The position numbers were made by a program, and so were the translations under genes. 64,000 bases of DNA, from positions 35,720 to 99,719 of the forward strand of contig JBBDYA010000084.1 in the NCBI GenBank assembly GCA_040902005.1, in the 5' to 3' direction. The notes under the pieces are model-generated. The model was not told where the DNA came from and did not search any database. It saw nothing but the letters and a program-made list of their open reading frames with translations. The stretch is from Gemmatimonadaceae bacterium (lineage in GTDB: Bacteria > Gemmatimonadota > Gemmatimonadetes > Gemmatimonadales > Gemmatimonadaceae). Shown piece after piece: positions 61,667-64,000 of the stretch; within the stretch, counting starts at the first letter, position 1; each line of letters starts with the position of its first letter.

Positions 61667-61824
61667 GGCTTCCGATTTGGGGCGGCCAATCCGCGGGGAA
61701 AGGCGCCTCGCGCGTGACCAGAGCGGGTTGTCTTGCAAAGTGCGAGAAAATGCGGGTTCAGGTTACTCTGGCATTCTGCTATATCTCTGGACGATTTGGC
61801 TAGCCCTGAGTTTCTATTCAACCA

Positions 61825-63273
61825 ATGCTATTACTCCTGGCAATTGCTTCTGGTGAGGGACTGGCCGGCGCCGGTCTCGGCGTGCGGCTCGGACTGGTCA
61901 TGCTGCTCGTCTTCGCGAACGGCTTCTTCGTCGCCGCCGAGTTCGGGCTGGTGGCCGTCCGGCGCAGCCGGATCGATCAGCTGGCCGCAGAGGGCGACAG
62001 CAGCGCCAAGGTCGTTCAGAGCGCCCTCAAGCACCTGGACAGGTACATCTCGGGCACCCAGCTCGGGATCACCCTGTCCTCGCTCGCGCTTGGCTGGATC
62101 GGCGAACCCGCACTTGCCTCGCTCATCGACAGCGCCCTGGCCGGTCTGGGGATCGTGGCCCCGTCAGCCGCCGTGCACTCGGTTGCGGCGATCACCACCG
62201 CGTTCGTCATCATCACCTTCCTGCACATCGTGCTCGGCGAGCTGGCGCCCAAGAGCGTGGCGCTGGCAAAGCCGGAGATGGTGAGCAAGCTGGTGGTGCG
62301 TCCGCTCGCGCTGTTCTCGAATATTGCCTACCCGGCGATCTGGGTGTTGAACGGCGCGGCGAACATGCTGTTGCGCGCCTTCGGCATACAGCCGGTGTCG
62401 GAACTGGAGCATGTGCACTCGTCCAGCGAGCTTCGACTGCTGGTCATGCAGTCGCGCGCGCACGGCGCGCTGACGGAAACCGATACGGCGATGCTGGCCG
62501 GCGTCTTCGACTTTCACGAGAAGAAGGCGCGCGACGTGATGCGCCCTCGCACGGAAATCGTGGCCCTGCCGATCGACGCCACCGCGGAGGAGGTGCGGCA
62601 GGTCGTGCGCTCCGAGCGGTACTCGCGGTATCCGGTGTACCGCGACGGCCTCGACGACGTGACCGGCGTCTTTCTCGCCAAGGACATGTGGCTGCACGAT
62701 CCGTCGGTGCCGTTCATACTCGCGGACCATGTGCGGCCCACCCTGTACATCCCGGACAACCGCCCCGCGGAACGCGCGATGGAGGATCTCCGAAAGAAAC
62801 GCGCGCACATGGCCGTGGTGCTCGACGAGTACGGTGGCACCGCGGGCATCCTCACGCTCGAGGATCTCATCGAGGAAGTGATCGGCGATATCAACGACGA
62901 GTACGACATGGCGACCCGGCAGGCCGTGGTGGACAACGGCGTGCTGGAACTGGCGGGCAGCATGTCGCTCGTGGATGTGCGTTCGGACTACAGCCTGGAC
63001 ATCCCGGAGGGGGACTGGAACACCCTTGGCGGGTACGTCTTCGGGACGCTTGGGCGCCTCGCGCGCATCGGGGACCGCGTGGTGTTTCCGGGGGGCGAGC
63101 TCGAGGTGGTGGCGATGGATGGACGACGCGTGGCAGCCGTGCGCGTGGTGCTCGAGCATGCGCGCGAATCGGACAGCGGCTCCGCGCCTGGGGGGGGAGG
63201 GGGGCCGGGCCGCAACATGGGCGACGCCGGGGAGGCCGAGCGCGCGCTCGGCGCGCGCCCAGCGCGGTTGTAA
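61825..63273 (+). CDS. Hemolysin-family CNNM/CBS/CorC protein
   Basis: NGFFVAAEF, QLGIT, GELAPK, YSRYPV, DEYGGT.G..TLED. Confidence 0.93.
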   Translation: MLLLLAIASGEGLAGAGLGVRLGLVMLLVFANGFFVAAEFGLVAVRRSRIDQLAAEGDSSAKVVQSALKHLDRYISGTQLGITLSSLALGWIGEPALASLIDSALAGLGIVAPSAAVHSVAAITTAFVIITFLHIVLGELAPKSVALAKPEMVSKLVVRPLALFSNIAYPAIWVLNGAANMLLRAFGIQPVSELEHVHSSSELRLLVMQSRAHGALTETDTAMLAGVFDFHEKKARDVMRPRTEIVALPIDATAEEVRQVVRSERYSRYPVYRDGLDDVTGVFLAKDMWLHDPSVPFILADHVRPTLYIPDNRPAERAMEDLRKKRAHMAVVLDEYGGTAGILTLEDLIEEVIGDINDEYDMATRQAVVDNGVLELAGSMSLVDVRSDYSLDIPEGDWNTLGGYVFGTLGRLARIGDRVVFPGGELEVVAMDGRRVAAVRVVLEHARESDSGSAPGGGGGPGRNMGDAGEAERALGARPARL

Positions 63274-63277
63274 GGGC

Positions 63278-63712
63278 ATGAGCGGCGGGGCGGCGCTCGC
63301 GATCAACGAACGGCTGACGATTCCGCGGTCCGAGCTGACGTTTCGCGCGTCGCGCGCCGGCGGGCCCGGCGGGCAGCATGTGAACACCTCCTCCACGCGC
63401 GTGGAGCTGGTCTGGAACGTGAGACGCTCCGCGGTGCTGTCGGAACCGATGCGCCGGCGGCTGGTGGACAAGCTGGCCACGCGACTGGACGCGGACGGCA
63501 ACGTGCGCATCGTCGCGAGCGCGTTCCGGAGCCAGTCGCGCAACCGCATGGACGCGGAGGATCGGCTCGCCGTGCTGGTTCGGCGCGCACTCGTCGTGCC
63601 GAAGGTCCGGAAGAAGACGCGGCCGACGCGGGCATCCGTGGAATCCCGGCTGCGCACCAAGCAGAAGCGCGGGGAGCGCAAGCGGTTGCGCACCACACGC
63701 GACTTCGATTAG
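63278..63712 (+). CDS. arfB: Alternative ribosome rescue peptidyl-tRNA hydrolase
   Basis: GPGGQHVN, RSQ.RN, basic tail R.KTRPT. Confidence 0.93.
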   Translation: MSGGAALAINERLTIPRSELTFRASRAGGPGGQHVNTSSTRVELVWNVRRSAVLSEPMRRRLVDKLATRLDADGNVRIVASAFRSQSRNRMDAEDRLAVLVRRALVVPKVRKKTRPTRASVESRLRTKQKRGERKRLRTTRDFD

Positions 63713-64000
63713 CGCTCGTTCACCATGTCCGACTTGAGGTTGGCGAGCGCCATGCGGCACTGGTCGGCCGTCCTGCTGTTGGGATACCGCTCGATCAGCC
63801 GCCGGAACTCGACGAGCGCGCGTCCGGGCTGCTTGAGCGCACCCAGGTAGAGATCGGCGAGCCGGTTGGAGACGTAGACATCCTGCCCGGGGGGGACGTT
63901 CGGAATGCGCTGCACCTCCCGGAAGAGCTCCGCCGCGCGCTGCGGGTTCTGTCCATGCGTGGCGTACAGCTCTGCCGCCGCCACCCGGCAGCGCGGTTCA
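63709..64000 (-). CDS. TPR-like protein, 5'-truncated by the window edge
   Basis: AELY..., RLADLY, LIERYPNS helical-repeat pattern. Confidence 0.6.
   Translation of the reverse strand, partial: EPRCRVAAAELYATHGQNPQRAAELFREVQRIPNVPPGQDVYVSNRLADLYLGALKQPGRALVEFRRLIERYPNSRTADQCRMALANLKSDMVNER

Overview
High-GC bacterial chromosomal window, most consistent with Gemmatimonadota (inferred from pilin sequence and gene order; not database-checked). In order it carries: a FecR-like gene and a DinB-family gene; a six-gene aerobic 2-aminobenzoyl-CoA (anthranilate) catabolic operon; a secreted metallo-beta-lactamase-fold hydrolase; a Ku-LigD NHEJ operon with neighbouring orphan ORFs; a minor type IV pilin cluster; the housekeeping run aroC-aroK-smg-topA-trmFO-xerC-orf-hslV-hslU-argF-bcp; pilMNOPQ followed by a large lipoprotein; a second, apparently damaged minor pilin cluster; a sigma54 two-component system; pilA with a sigma54/IHF promoter; a ~14 kb glycosylation/modification island between pilR and pilA; pilSR; a CNNM/CBS protein and arfB. 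I saw no rRNA, tRNA, CRISPR array, transposase or phage genes. Most notable observations: (1) a GNA-hairpin + GCCGAGAAC repeat present once between genes and in-frame inside AbmA and HslU; (2) a family of 140-170 bp purine/pyrimidine palindromes built from nested 7-mer and 6-mer arrays; (3) next to Ku-LigD, an ORF resembling a stand-alone N-terminal domain of Hachiman HamB-type helicases, ending in a clamp-binding-like motif; (4) a bcp peroxiredoxin with TGA at the catalytic Cys plus a SECIS-like hairpin; (5) a TMTC-like/Dpm1-like/LtaS-like candidate pilus modification system; (6) a degenerate sigma-region-2 domain fused to FecR. All family assignments come from motif recognition by eye, not from searches.
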